Origin: Candidatus Binatia bacterium
GTDB taxonomy: Bacteria; Desulfobacterota; Binatia; Bin18
DNA: 64,000 bases
Direction of reading: 5' to 3'
NCBI GenBank assembly: GCA_963664395.2
Contig: OY761159.2
Span: 768,001-832,000 of the forward strand
Below are positions 19,120 to 29,074 of the stretch, in pieces. How positions within the stretch are numbered: the first letter of the stretch is position 1; every line of letters starts with the position of its first letter. The notes beneath the pieces are model-generated. The model was not told the origin of the DNA, ran no database searches, and saw nothing but the letters and a program-made list of their open reading frames with translations. Both the position numbers and the translations under genes were made by a program.

Positions 19120-21186
19120 ATGGGGCATCGAGTCGGCATCGATATCGGCGGCACCTTCACAGATGTAGTCCTGCTGCGCGACGACGGGACATTCCATGTC
19201 TATAAAGAAGACTCGACTCCCGACCAGCCGCTGCTGGCAATTACGCGGGGGCTCAGCGGGCTGGCCGAGGAAGCCGGGACCACGGTCGCAGAGCTTTTGC
19301 GCGAGACGGAATTTCTGGTCCATGGCCAGACCATGGCAACCAATGCGCTGATCCAGCGCAACGGTCCGGTCATCGGACTGCTGTGCACCCAGGGCTTTCG
19401 CGACATCATGTATCTGGGCCGCGGCGGCAAGCCCGAGCGGTTCAACATCCATCTCCAGAAGCCCGAGGACTTTATTCCCCGCTATTTGCGCCTGGGCATT
19501 CCCGAACGCATCAGCGCGGACGGCTCCGAAATCCTGCCGCTCGACGAAGAGGCCATTCGCAACGCGGCCCGGCGCTTCGGTGCCCACGGCGTCAAAGCGG
19601 TTGCCGTTGCGTACTTGTGGTCCATCGTCGATTCGAGCCACGAAAAGCGCACCGCCGAGATCGTGCGCGAGGAGCTGCCCGGCGTCGATGTGCTGTGCTC
19701 CTGTGATGTCCTGCCCGAGATTCGGGAATGGGAGCGCACCTCGGCAACCGTACTGTCGGCCTATATCGCGCCCATCATCGGCGACTATCTGCGCGCCTTT
19801 GAAAAAGAGATGGCAGCCGGCGGCCTGCCCCACCCGCCGCAGATCATGCAGGTCAACGGCGGCTGTGCCTCGGTTGAGGACCTTTTGGCGCGGCCTGTCA
19901 ACGCGGTGGCCTCGGGTCCCGCGGCTGGCCCGGCGGCGGGTGCGCACTACGCCTCGGATACCAAAGCCCCCGACCGGCTGATCATTATCGACATGGGCGG
20001 AACCAGCTTCGACGTTTGCATGCTGCGCGACAGCGAACCGGTCATGTCAACCGATATTCGGGTCGCACATCAGCCCATCGGGGTGAACGGGGTCGAGGTG
20101 CTGTCGATCGGCGCCGGCGGCGGCTCCATTGCCTGGCTCGACAGCGGCAAGGCGCTGCGGGTCGGGCCGCAGAGCGCGGGTTCCCAGCCGGGGCCGGCCT
20201 GTTACGGCCGGGGTGGTCGTGCGCCCGCAGTCACCGACGCCAACCTGGCCGTCGGGCGAATGTCGTCCGGGGCGTTTCTGGGCGGGCGGCGTTCTCTCAG
20301 CGAGCACCTGGCGCAGCGAGCCATTGCCGAGCATATTGCCACGCCGCTGGGGCTGTCGGTCCGCGAGGCCGCGGCCGGTATCCTGACCATTGTGAACTCG
20401 AATATGGCCTCGGCCATCCGGGCGGTCTCGATTGAGCGCGGCATCGATCCCCGCGACTATGTCATGGTCGCGGGCGGTGGGGCCGGTGGCCTGCACGCGG
20501 CCGAGCTGGCCCGTATGCTTGAGATCGGCGAGGTGCTGATTCCGCGTTCCGCGGGCGGCCTGTGCGCGTTCGGCATGGCGGTCACCCCGGTGCGGCACGA
20601 CTACGTGCGCCTGCACCACTGCTATACAAATCGGCCGGACGCGGCCACGAGCATCGCTCAGGTGTTTGACGAGCTGATCGCCCAGGGTGGCTCCCATCTT
20701 AAGGAGGAGGGCTTCAAGCCCGAGGAGATTCGTTTTGCCCGGCATCTTGAAGGACGCTATCCGGGTCAGGTGCACAACCTGACTGTGCCGCTGCCCGAAG
20801 GACCGATTGACGCCGATCTCTTGCGGCGACTCGAAGCCGACTTTCATGACGAGCACGAGCGGCGCTTTACCTATTCGATGCGCGACCAGCCCATCGAGTG
20901 CCTGCACTGGCGCATCGCCGCCACGGGCAACCGACCTGCTCCTGAAGGACGGCTGGCCACGCAGTCCGGGGGTGGGTCAAAATCCACCAGCCGGCGCAGG
21001 GCCTATATGGCCGGGGTCAATGCCGAGGTGGAAACCGAGATTTATCAGGGCGACGCGCTGGCGGCGGGTGACCGGCTGACCGGCCCGGCCATCGTTGAGT
21101 TCGCCACAACCACGGTGGTCGTCAATCCGGATGACCGACTGACCGTCCAGGCCGACGGCAGCTCTCTGCTGACGATTGCCCTCTAA
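19120..21186 (+). CDS. hydantoinase A/oxoprolinase family subunit (ATP-binding)
   Basis: DIGGTFTD, SGPAAG, DMGGTSFD, GAGGGSI, PGPACYG. Confidence 0.92.
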   Translation: MGHRVGIDIGGTFTDVVLLRDDGTFHVYKEDSTPDQPLLAITRGLSGLAEEAGTTVAELLRETEFLVHGQTMATNALIQRNGPVIGLLCTQGFRDIMYLGRGGKPERFNIHLQKPEDFIPRYLRLGIPERISADGSEILPLDEEAIRNAARRFGAHGVKAVAVAYLWSIVDSSHEKRTAEIVREELPGVDVLCSCDVLPEIREWERTSATVLSAYIAPIIGDYLRAFEKEMAAGGLPHPPQIMQVNGGCASVEDLLARPVNAVASGPAAGPAAGAHYASDTKAPDRLIIIDMGGTSFDVCMLRDSEPVMSTDIRVAHQPIGVNGVEVLSIGAGGGSIAWLDSGKALRVGPQSAGSQPGPACYGRGGRAPAVTDANLAVGRMSSGAFLGGRRSLSEHLAQRAIAEHIATPLGLSVREAAAGILTIVNSNMASAIRAVSIERGIDPRDYVMVAGGGAGGLHAAELARMLEIGEVLIPRSAGGLCAFGMAVTPVRHDYVRLHHCYTNRPDAATSIAQVFDELIAQGGSHLKEEGFKPEEIRFARHLEGRYPGQVHNLTVPLPEGPIDADLLRRLEADFHDEHERRFTYSMRDQPIECLHWRIAATGNRPAPEGRLATQSGGGSKSTSRRRAYMAGVNAEVETEIYQGDALAAGDRLTGPAIVEFATTTVVVNPDDRLTVQADGSSLLTIAL

Positions 21187-21216
21187 CAATTTTTCTCTAA
21201 CAAAAGGAGAGCCTGC

Positions 21217-21963
21217 ATGTCGGGTGTCATGATCGTGACGGGAGGCAGTCGCGGCATTGGAGCCGCTATTGCACGCCGGGCGGCGCGGGCCGGGTTTGAC
21301 GTGTGCGTCAATTATGCGCGCGCCAAAGACCGGGCCGAAGAGGTGGTCCACGACGTGATACAGGCCGGGCAACGGGCTATTGCCGTGCAGGCCGACGCGG
21401 GAACGGAAGCCGGTGTCGTTGAGCTGTTTCGCCGAACCGATGCCGAGCTCGGCCCGGTCACCGCCCTGGTGAATAATGCCGCGATCGATTATGAGACCGC
21501 GGTCGTCGACGCCGAGTTGGAGCGCGTCCGGGGCGTTTTTGATCTCAATATCTTTGGCGTGTTCGTGAGCGCCCGCGAGGCCATCAAGCGCATGTCCACC
21601 AAACGCGGTGGCACCGGCGGCGTGATCGTCAACGTCGGCTCCGTTTCCTCGCGCTACGGCGGGCTGCCCGGCGACGTGGTCTACGCCTCAAGCAAGGGCG
21701 CGCTTGATTCCTTTACCCTGGGCCTGTCCAGAGAAGTCGGGCCTGAGGGGATTCGGGTCTGTTGCGTGCGGCCTGGGATTACCCGGACGGAAATTTTTGA
21801 GGCGAGTATCGGCATTGAACGCGCCGAAGCCATCGCCAAGGCACAGACGGTCCTGGGACGCATCTGCGAACCCGAAGAGGTGGCTAATCTGGTGGTCTGG
21901 ATCTGCACGGATGAGGCCTCGTACGTCACCACGACGATCTACGATATTTCGGGCGGACGCTGA
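21217..21963 (+). CDS. SDR family oxidoreductase
   Basis: TGGSRGIG, NNA, YASSK. Confidence 0.92.
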   Translation: MSGVMIVTGGSRGIGAAIARRAARAGFDVCVNYARAKDRAEEVVHDVIQAGQRAIAVQADAGTEAGVVELFRRTDAELGPVTALVNNAAIDYETAVVDAELERVRGVFDLNIFGVFVSAREAIKRMSTKRGGTGGVIVNVGSVSSRYGGLPGDVVYASSKGALDSFTLGLSREVGPEGIRVCCVRPGITRTEIFEASIGIERAEAIAKAQTVLGRICEPEEVANLVVWICTDEASYVTTTIYDISGGR

Positions 21964-21994
21964 ACAGGTCACGTTAATATAAGGAGAAACCAGC

Positions 21995-23944
21995 ATGACC
22001 AGCGCCATACAGGACATACAGGCAGACCACGCGCAGACCCTCCCGACGCATCCCCTGGAGCCGCTGAGCCGGAGCGAGATTGAGCGCGGCGTGGCCATCC
22101 TCAGCGGCTCGGGCGAGCTGAGCGGCCAGCTCGCCTTCTCCAGCGTCAGTCTGGTCGAGCCGCCCAAAGATGAGGTCAAGACCTTTACCCCAGGCGCGCC
22201 GTTTACTCGGGTGCTGCGCTTTCTGGGGGTGGACGAATCTGCCAACGGGAGGCAGGCGGGCAGTTTTGACGCACGGGTCAATATCACGACCGGAGAGCTG
22301 CTTGAGGTGCAGCGCCTTAGCGGCGGACAGGCCCCATTTGGGGGGCGAGACTTGGTGCAATCGATCAAGCTCACCAAAGCCGACCCGGCCTGGCAGGCCG
22401 CGGTCAGACGGCGCGGCGTCGAGGATATGGGCCGGGTGCAAATCGATATGTGGCCGGGCAGCGGTCCCCTGCCCGACGGCGTGGACGCCACCCACCGTCT
22501 GGCCCGGACGATTGCTTTTGTGCGCGAAGACAAGACCGACAACGGCTATGCCCGCCCGCTCCAGGGTCTGATTGCCCATGTGGATTTGACCGAAGGACGG
22601 GTGGCTCATCTGGAAGATCATGGCGTGACAGCCATACCGCCGGAGAGCGGACGCTACGAGGCCACTCATCAGCCTGCGCTGCGGACCGATTTGAAACCGA
22701 TTGCCATTACCCAGCCCGAGGGGCCGAGTTTCCGCGTCGATGGGCACGCGGTGGAATGGCAGAAGTGGTCGTTCCGGGTCGGCATGCACCCCCAGCACGG
22801 CCTGGTCCTGCATACCCTGAGTTATGACGATGCCGGGCAGCGGCGGTCGATCCTGTATCGCGCCTCGCTGGCGGACATGGTGGTGCCCTATGGCGACCGC
22901 GACCCCATGCACACCTGGAAACACGTGCTGGATGCCAGCGAGGCGAGTGTGGGCAATCTGGCCAATTCGCTCAGCCTGGGCTGCGATTGTCTGGGCGAAA
23001 TCCATTATTTTGATATGCCCACACTGCTGGCCGACGGGTCCGTCTATACAATCGAAAACGCCATCTGCATGCATGAAGAAGATTACGGCGTGCTGTGGAA
23101 GCATCGCGACCTGCTGTCCGCGACCACGGAAGTCCGGCGCTCGCGGCGTTTGGTGGTCAGCTCGTTCTTTACGGTCGGGAATTATGAGTATGGCTTCTTC
23201 TGGTATTTATACCTGGACGGCACGATTCAGATGGAGGTCAAGCTGACCGGCATCGTCGGCGTCAGCGCGGTTGAAACCGGGGCCGAGCAGCCCGAGTTCG
23301 CTCCGCTCATTGCGCCCAACCTGGCCTCCCCGATTCACCAGCATCTGTTCTGTTTCCGGCTCGATTTCGATGTGGACGGTGAGAACAACTCGGTCTACGA
23401 GGTCGAGGTCGAACCCGTGCCGCACGGGCCGGACAATCCGCACGGGACGCAGTTCCGGGCCAAGACCACGCTCTTAGCATCCGAGGATGTCGCCCGGCGG
23501 AACATTAACCCGCAGGCCGGCCGGAGCTGGAAGATCGTCAACCCACAGCGGACCAACCGGCTGGGGGTGCCGGTCGGCTATAAGCTGCTTGCCGGCGCAA
23601 CACCGACCCTGTTTGCCCAGGCGGACTCCTATGTGGGGCAACGGGCCGGGTTTGGCCAGCATAATCTATGGGTCACCGCGTTTACGCCGGACGAACTCAG
23701 CGCGGCTGGCGACATCACGCTCCAGAGTCCCGGCGGAGAGGGCCTGCTACGCTATTCACGCGGACGCGATATCGAGAACACCGACATCGTTGTCTGGCAT
23801 ACCTTTGGCCTCACGCATATTCCGCGGCCTGAAGATTGGCCGGTGATGCCGGTCGAGTATGCCGGCTTCAGCCTGATGCCGGTCGGCTTTTTTGAACGCA
23901 ACCCCGCCCTGGACGTGCCGCCCAGTCCGCACGCGTGCAAATAA
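21995..23944 (+). CDS. tynA: copper-containing primary amine oxidase (TPQ-dependent)
   Basis: HPLEPL, LGCDCLG, TPQ consensus NYEY, copper ligands HQH and THIPRPEDWPVMP. Confidence 0.92.
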   Translation: MTSAIQDIQADHAQTLPTHPLEPLSRSEIERGVAILSGSGELSGQLAFSSVSLVEPPKDEVKTFTPGAPFTRVLRFLGVDESANGRQAGSFDARVNITTGELLEVQRLSGGQAPFGGRDLVQSIKLTKADPAWQAAVRRRGVEDMGRVQIDMWPGSGPLPDGVDATHRLARTIAFVREDKTDNGYARPLQGLIAHVDLTEGRVAHLEDHGVTAIPPESGRYEATHQPALRTDLKPIAITQPEGPSFRVDGHAVEWQKWSFRVGMHPQHGLVLHTLSYDDAGQRRSILYRASLADMVVPYGDRDPMHTWKHVLDASEASVGNLANSLSLGCDCLGEIHYFDMPTLLADGSVYTIENAICMHEEDYGVLWKHRDLLSATTEVRRSRRLVVSSFFTVGNYEYGFFWYLYLDGTIQMEVKLTGIVGVSAVETGAEQPEFAPLIAPNLASPIHQHLFCFRLDFDVDGENNSVYEVEVEPVPHGPDNPHGTQFRAKTTLLASEDVARRNINPQAGRSWKIVNPQRTNRLGVPVGYKLLAGATPTLFAQADSYVGQRAGFGQHNLWVTAFTPDELSAAGDITLQSPGGEGLLRYSRGRDIENTDIVVWHTFGLTHIPRPEDWPVMPVEYAGFSLMPVGFFERNPALDVPPSPHACK

Positions 23945-24094
23945 GAGGGAGCAGAAAACTATCCCCTCTTGGGAGGGAATTATATACAATTTTACCCGCC
24001 GCAAGGGGGCGGCCCCTATCTTCTCCCCGCTCGCACCTCTTCAAGCGCAACCAGGATTTGGCGCGTTACCAGTTCTTCCATAGGGAGGAGAATA

Positions 24095-24122
24095 AAAAAG
24101 CCCGGCTGATTGACCGGGCTTT
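24095..24122 (-). terminator. Rho-independent terminator
   Basis: Minus strand AAAGCCCGG-TCAATCAG-CCGGGCTTTTTT, about 30 nt downstream of the last cassette ORF. Confidence 0.75.
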
Positions 24123-24151
24123 AGACAGGGACGGATTATCGGACTACTTGA

Positions 24152-24319
24152 TTAAATTAGGCCCTTCTTATGCATCTCTTTTACTAAGCTGACCATTTCT
24201 TCAGCAGAATCTGCCGCCTCCTCCAGTCCTTTTCTCATGTTAGTCGTTTCATTCTTGAGGTCTTCAAAACTCTTGTCTGTTTCCAATTCAAGTGAGGAAA
24301 TTTCCCTTATTGTGCTCAT
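24152..24319 (-). CDS. 55-aa hypothetical protein (below ORF-track cutoff)
   Basis: MSTIREISSLELETDKSFEDLKNETTNMRKGLEEAADSAEEMVSLVKEMHKKGLI. ATGA overlap with the upstream ORF stop, followed by the terminator. Confidence 0.55.
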   Translation of the reverse strand: MSTIREISSLELETDKSFEDLKNETTNMRKGLEEAADSAEEMVSLVKEMHKKGLI

Positions 24320-24620
24320 ATAGGACCTCCTGCCTGATTGACGTATCCTTTCAATAGTCCCGTAACCTCTCCGAGGGCATTATTCATTCTAAGAATGTTG
24401 TCATTGGCCTTTCTAAGGTCATCTCGGACTTCATCAATCCGCTCGTTCAGTCTCTTCTCGATAGCTTCTATCCGTTCTTTTTGTTGTTTCTCAGTGGCTT
24501 CATTCGCTTGGTGCATTTCACGCCGATAGTTAGCCATAATTCTCCAAAACAACCCGCCCCCGGAATTAGTAATGCAATGATAGGAATCGCCCAGTCTGCG
24601 AGAAGATCACCACCTGTCAT
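24316..24620 (-). pseudogene. small N-terminal TM + coiled-coil protein with an apparent 1-nt frameshift
   Basis: ATG 24620 gives MTGGDLLADWAIPIIALLI. After a shift in the G-rich tract near 24555-24562 it continues as GGGLFWRIMANYRREMH...LNERIDEVRDDLRK. Confidence 0.55.
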
Positions 24621-24788
24621 GTTTTTACTTCTTCATACCGCCACTGCTTCTTAGGTGGTCCCATCATAGCAGCGCGGGCTATATTCTCCGGTGTGTCCAG
24701 GATAGGATCAGGCATGGGTCGGGCAGGACGCCCACCCACATTAGACGCAGGGGGTACGCTTGTGTGGCTCCTTTTTTTGAGTTTTCAT
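24617..24788 (-). CDS. small proline-rich hypothetical protein (possible frameshift in A7 run, or internal start)
   Basis: GGAGG RBS then ATG 24788. The other frame after the A7 tract reads VGGRPARPMPDPILDTPENIARAAMMGPPKKQWRYEEVKT*. Its TGA overlaps the next ATG. Confidence 0.45.
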
Positions 24789-25268
24789 TTTACACCTCCA
24801 AAAATAGCTGTAGCTATTTCTAGCATCGACATTAGCGCAAGCTGTTGGGAATTACAATTCCTGCTGAAGGAAGTGGGAAAGCCGGGAAAATTGGAAGAAT
24901 GGCAAGCGGAGACGTATGGGTGCGCATCTCCGTAGAGTGGGTAAAATTGTATATAATTCCCTCAGCGGCGGGGTGGGTTGTCCCCCGCCTGGCGGCCACC
25001 GCGCGTCTGGCGAGCGCGGGTTCCTGGGAATGTGCATCACACGTCCCAGGAGGGGAAGCGGAGAGCGCCTGGCGTACCGCTTCTGGCTCTCGGTCGATAA
25101 CGACCAGATGACGTTTTGCCTCCTCTTTATAAGCCGAAGCAATTTCCGCCGAGATGGCTCGCAGTTCATTCCGTTCGTCCTCGTCCGTCACACTCCTATG
25201 CTTGACAGACGATTTGTGGTCTTTCAAGCTATGCGGGAAAGCGTGTTTCCGAGGAAAAAGGAGACGGC

Positions 25269-25742
25269 ATGATTGCACTGACCGTGAACGGAACGGAACA
25301 CCGCGTAGATGTCAGCTCAGACATGCGGCTGCTGTGGGTTTTACGTGACATCCTGGGGCTGACCGGGACGAAATTCGGCTGCGGCATGTCCTTGTGTGGG
25401 GCCTGCACCGTCCATCTGGATGGCGAACCGGTACGCTCGTGCGTTATGCCGGTCTCCATTGCCGCGGGCAAGAAAATTACGACTATAGAAGGGCTCTCCC
25501 CAGACGGCAGCCACCCTTTACAGCAGGCCTGGGTTGCTCATCAAGTGCCGCAGTGCGGGTATTGTCAGACAGGTATGATTATGTCGGCCGCCGCGCTGCT
25601 GAAAAAAAAGCCACACCCAACCGATGCCGACATCAACGAAGCCGTGACGAATATTTGCCGGTGTGGGACGTATACGCGTATTCGGGCCGCCATTCATACG
25701 GCCGCCAAAAAATCCGGCTCGAACGACGGGATGAAGGGATAA
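25269..25742 (+). CDS. (2Fe-2S) small subunit, isoquinoline/aldehyde oxidoreductase (IorA-like)
   Basis: [29 protein letters not shown]. Confidence 0.93.
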   Translation: MIALTVNGTEHRVDVSSDMRLLWVLRDILGLTGTKFGCGMSLCGACTVHLDGEPVRSCVMPVSIAAGKKITTIEGLSPDGSHPLQQAWVAHQVPQCGYCQTGMIMSAAALLKKKPHPTDADINEAVTNICRCGTYTRIRAAIHTAAKKSGSNDGMKG

Positions 25743-25752
25743 GGACACGCCG

Positions 25753-27933
25753 ATGAAACAGACAGCGAATATATCCCGTCGTTCGTTTTTGTTGCGCTCG
25801 GCTGCGGTCGGGGGCGGACTGATGTTGGAGGTGACGCTCCCGAAGTCTCGTGTGGCCGCGGCGGAACAGGCGAGTCCCGCGGACACCAGCCCTGAGGTGA
25901 CCGCCTGGGTCCTGATTCGGCCGGATGACACCATCGTCATCCGCGTTGCGCGGGTGGAAATGGGCCAAGGCAGTTTTACCGGTCTGCCCATGCTGGTTGC
26001 CGAAGAACTAGGCTGTGACTGGAGCAAAGTGCAGGCCGAGTATGCTTCAACGAGCGAACACCTGAGGCGCAATCGTATTTTTCGCACCATGCTCACCGGC
26101 GGCAGCCGGTCGATCCGTGACAGCCAGGAGTACTTACGCACGGCAGGGGCCGCGGCCCGCCTGATGCTCACCACCGCGGCCGCGCGGCGCTGGGGCGTGC
26201 CGGTCGCGGAATGTGTCGCTGCAAACAGCCTCATCACCCATACCCCAACCGAGCGACAGCTCAGCTTTGGAGCGGTAGCGGCTGAGGCGGCCGCGCTCGA
26301 CATCCCCGAAAATCCGCCGCTCAAAGACCCCGCGGACTGGACCATTTTGGGCCAACCGGCCGCCCGGTTTGACATCCCGGATAAGGTGACGGGCAAGACC
26401 GCCTTTGCCATTGATACCCGGCTGCCCGGCATGGTCTATGCCGCGATTGCCCAGTGCCCGGTGTTCGGCGGCAGCCTGAAAAGCGTAGACGCAAAAAAAA
26501 TTGCCGACATGCGTGGGGTGGTCAAGGTTGTGCGCCTGGAAGACGCGGTCGTCGTCGTTGCCAAAGAAAGCTGGTGGAACGCGCAGCAGGCTGTCCGCGC
26601 ATTACCGATTGAGTGGGATTTTGGGGAGCACGCGAACGTCAGCAGCGACAGCATCATGGAGTTTTTACGTGAGGGCATACAACTCGAAAAGGCGCCGGTC
26701 TCGCGCCATGAGGGCGATATCGACAGCGCGTTTGCCGGCGCGGCCACAACCATTGAAGCCGACTATTACGCCCCCTATCTTGAGCACGCCACCATGGAAC
26801 CCCAGAACTGCACGGCGCTGTATACGGAGCAGCGGGTGGATGTCTGGGCACCGGCCCAGAACAGCGAGGCCACCGCGGCCGTGACCGCTGAGACCGCGGA
26901 CGTGCCGGTGAGTCGGGTCGAGGTCCACAAAGTCCATCTGGGGGGGGGCTTTGGGCGGCGTGGGCTGTATATTGAGTTTGTGCGCCAGGCTGTCAGGATT
27001 GCCAAGACTATGCCCGGCACGCCGGTGCAATTGATCTGGTCCAGAGAAGAGGATATTCAGCACGGCCGCTATCGGCCGGTGGCTTTGGTCCGCATGAGAG
27101 CCGCGCTCAACGCCTCCGGGGAACCAACCGCCTGGTCCGTGCGCCAGGCCGAGCAGTCGATTTTCAGTGCAGTCCGCCCCCATCTGATTCGGGACGGGGT
27201 TGATATCGTCGGGGTGCGGACCTTTGTCGACGCGCCGTACGCCTTTCCAAACATGCATATGGAATACGCCATGCGCAACACCCACGTGCCGCCAGGGCCG
27301 TGGCGGGCGGTGGCGCATACTCATAATCCGTTCTTTCGGGAGAGCTTCATTGACGAGTTGGCCCACGCTGCCGGGCAGGACCCGTATCAGTTTCGACGCA
27401 CACTCTTGCAGGAACCCCAGGCGTCGAAGGACCTGGCCATTCTGGACGCGGTCGCCGAGGCTGCCGGATGGGATAGCCCGCTGCCGGAAGGCGTCCACCG
27501 TGGGATTGCCGTACAGGACGCCTACGGGAGCTATACTGCGGCGGTGATTGAAGCGTCAGTTAATGGTGAAGGTGAGTTGACTATCCAGCGCGTGGTTGTT
27601 GGTATTGATTGCGGCTATGTAGCCAACCCCGATTCGGTCCGGGCTCAGCTCGAAGGCAGCGTCGTCTACGGTCTGACCGCCGCGTTGTACGGGGAGATCA
27701 CCATTAAGGCGGGCCGGGTTGAACAGTCGAATTTCCATGACTACCAGATGATGCGGCTGGCCGAGATGCCCACGGTTGAGGTTGTCCTCAGGCCGACAGG
27801 CGGTTTTTGGGGCGGCGCGGGTGAGCCCGGCATGGCCCCGCTTGCGCCGGCGCTGTGTAATGCCATCTTTGCAGCAACCGGCAAACGTATTCGTTCGTTG
27901 CCGTTAAAGAACCATGATTTACGCCCGGCCTAA
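25753..27933 (+). CDS. xanthine-oxidase-family molybdopterin subunit (IorB-like), Tat-exported
   Basis: SRRSFL Tat motif, EMGQG, TGGSRS, HATMEP, GGGFGRR, GAGEPG, ATGKRIRSLP. Confidence 0.92.
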   Translation: MKQTANISRRSFLLRSAAVGGGLMLEVTLPKSRVAAAEQASPADTSPEVTAWVLIRPDDTIVIRVARVEMGQGSFTGLPMLVAEELGCDWSKVQAEYASTSEHLRRNRIFRTMLTGGSRSIRDSQEYLRTAGAAARLMLTTAAARRWGVPVAECVAANSLITHTPTERQLSFGAVAAEAAALDIPENPPLKDPADWTILGQPAARFDIPDKVTGKTAFAIDTRLPGMVYAAIAQCPVFGGSLKSVDAKKIADMRGVVKVVRLEDAVVVVAKESWWNAQQAVRALPIEWDFGEHANVSSDSIMEFLREGIQLEKAPVSRHEGDIDSAFAGAATTIEADYYAPYLEHATMEPQNCTALYTEQRVDVWAPAQNSEATAAVTAETADVPVSRVEVHKVHLGGGFGRRGLYIEFVRQAVRIAKTMPGTPVQLIWSREEDIQHGRYRPVALVRMRAALNASGEPTAWSVRQAEQSIFSAVRPHLIRDGVDIVGVRTFVDAPYAFPNMHMEYAMRNTHVPPGPWRAVAHTHNPFFRESFIDELAHAAGQDPYQFRRTLLQEPQASKDLAILDAVAEAAGWDSPLPEGVHRGIAVQDAYGSYTAAVIEASVNGEGELTIQRVVVGIDCGYVANPDSVRAQLEGSVVYGLTAALYGEITIKAGRVEQSNFHDYQMMRLAEMPTVEVVLRPTGGFWGGAGEPGMAPLAPALCNAIFAATGKRIRSLPLKNHDLRPA

Positions 27934-28405
27934 TCGCCTGTCACGGCGGCGACTGCTCGTCGGCCTGCTCAGCTGCCTGGGCGGCCTGGGCTCTATGGTT
28001 GCGCCGCTCAGGAAGGCGCGCCCGGCAGACGCACTTCCCGAGAAACTCGCGCCGCTCATTCGCCAGGCAACCGGAGGGGTCATGCCCCAGGTCGGCCGTG
28101 TCACGCTCACGCTGCCAACCCTGGCCGAGAGCGGCAATTCCGTGCGGCTTCAGGTCCGGGTCGAGAGCCCGATGACGCCGGAAGCCCATGTAAAGCAGAT
28201 TCATATTTTTTCAGAAAAGAACCCCAGACCAGTTATTGCCCGCTTCTCGCTGGGGCCGCGCGCCGGACGGGCCGAAATACACACCCGGATTCGACTGGCC
28301 GGCACCCAGCAGGTTGTGGCGGTTGCGGTCATGAACGACGGTACGGCCTGGATGGCGAGCGCGGAAGTCGTTGTCACGGCCGCAGCCTGTGTTGAGGGAA
28401 GCTGA
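27914..28405 (+). CDS. SoxY paralog with AAC(V/I)E-type C-terminal arm
   Basis: SRRRLL Tat motif, LAESGNSV, EKNPRP, TRIRLAGTQ. Ends VTAAACVEGS rather than GGCGG. Confidence 0.85.
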   Translation: MIYARPNRLSRRRLLVGLLSCLGGLGSMVAPLRKARPADALPEKLAPLIRQATGGVMPQVGRVTLTLPTLAESGNSVRLQVRVESPMTPEAHVKQIHIFSEKNPRPVIARFSLGPRAGRAEIHTRIRLAGTQQVVAVAVMNDGTAWMASAEVVVTAAACVEGS

Positions 28406-28421
28406 CGCGACTGGAATCGGG

Positions 28422-28745
28422 ATGGCCAAAGCGAGAATCAAAGTCCCTGAGGTTGTCACACGCGGAGCGGTCTTTGAGGTGCGTTTGCTCATCCGTCATC
28501 CCATGGAAACCGGCTTCCGGTATAACAACGTGGGACAGAAGATTCCCAAAAACATCGTGCATACCGTTCGGTGTGTGTATAACGGGGCGGAGGTTTTCCA
28601 TGCGGAGTTATTTCCCGGTATTGCTGCCAACCCGTATTTTTCGTTTTTCACCACAGCGGAAGTGTCGAGTGAGTTGGAGTGTGTGTGGACAGACGACACT
28701 GGGGTCACGACATCCGAGCGCGTCGCGCTCACGGTCAGCGAATGA
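28422..28745 (+). CDS. soxZ: SoxZ-like sulfur carrier subunit
   Basis: LIRHPMETGFR, IAANPYFSF, WTDDTG. Confidence 0.85.
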   Translation: MAKARIKVPEVVTRGAVFEVRLLIRHPMETGFRYNNVGQKIPKNIVHTVRCVYNGAEVFHAELFPGIAANPYFSFFTTAEVSSELECVWTDDTGVTTSERVALTVSE

Positions 28746-29047
28746 AACGTTTTGTTGTTCTGCTTGCCAGCCTGCTGGCGGTCCCGGCCCTCGCGAGCGC
28801 GGCCCCCATCACGGCAGGCGGCCCGGCATTGGCCCAGGCGTGTGCGGCCTGTCATGGTCCCGGCGGGCGTAGTCAGGGAGCAATTCCGTCACTCGATAGG
28901 CTGCCACCTGAGGATTTCAGGGCAGCCATGCAGGCGTTTCGGACCGAAGAACGTCGGGGGACTGTGATGAATTATATTGCCAGGGGGCTGAGTGAGGCGA
29001 GTATTGAGGCAGTGGCGGCGTATTTCGCAGGGGCGCAGGCACGTTGA
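28742..29047 (+). CDS. monoheme cytochrome c (FccA/SoxE-like)
   Basis: Signal peptide, CAACH, TVMNYIARG axial Met. ATGA overlap with soxZ. Confidence 0.85.
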   Translation: MKRFVVLLASLLAVPALASAAPITAGGPALAQACAACHGPGGRSQGAIPSLDRLPPEDFRAAMQAFRTEERRGTVMNYIARGLSEASIEAVAAYFAGAQAR

Positions 29048-29074
29048 AATGGGGACTTGTGTTCATATCCTTTT

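Larger units (their letters stand above)
23973..24963. mobile_element. transposase-free element with perfect 25-bp terminal inverted repeats (possible IS1595-family derivative/mobile cassette)
   Basis: GAGGGAATTATATACAATTTTACCC at 23973-23997 and its exact reverse complement at 24939-24963. The interior is AT-richer and carries small ORFs. No target duplication seen. Confidence 0.75.

Noticed and set aside
23965-24971. Target-site duplication around the inverted-repeat cassette
   Set aside because: The flanks (TCTTGGGA versus TCAGCGGC) do not match, so no TSD is claimed.
25064-25230. Possible remnant of an XRE/HigA-like antitoxin C-terminus (LVVIDREPEAVRQALS) on the minus strand
   Set aside because: The resemblance covers only ~16 residues, with no clear start or HTH.
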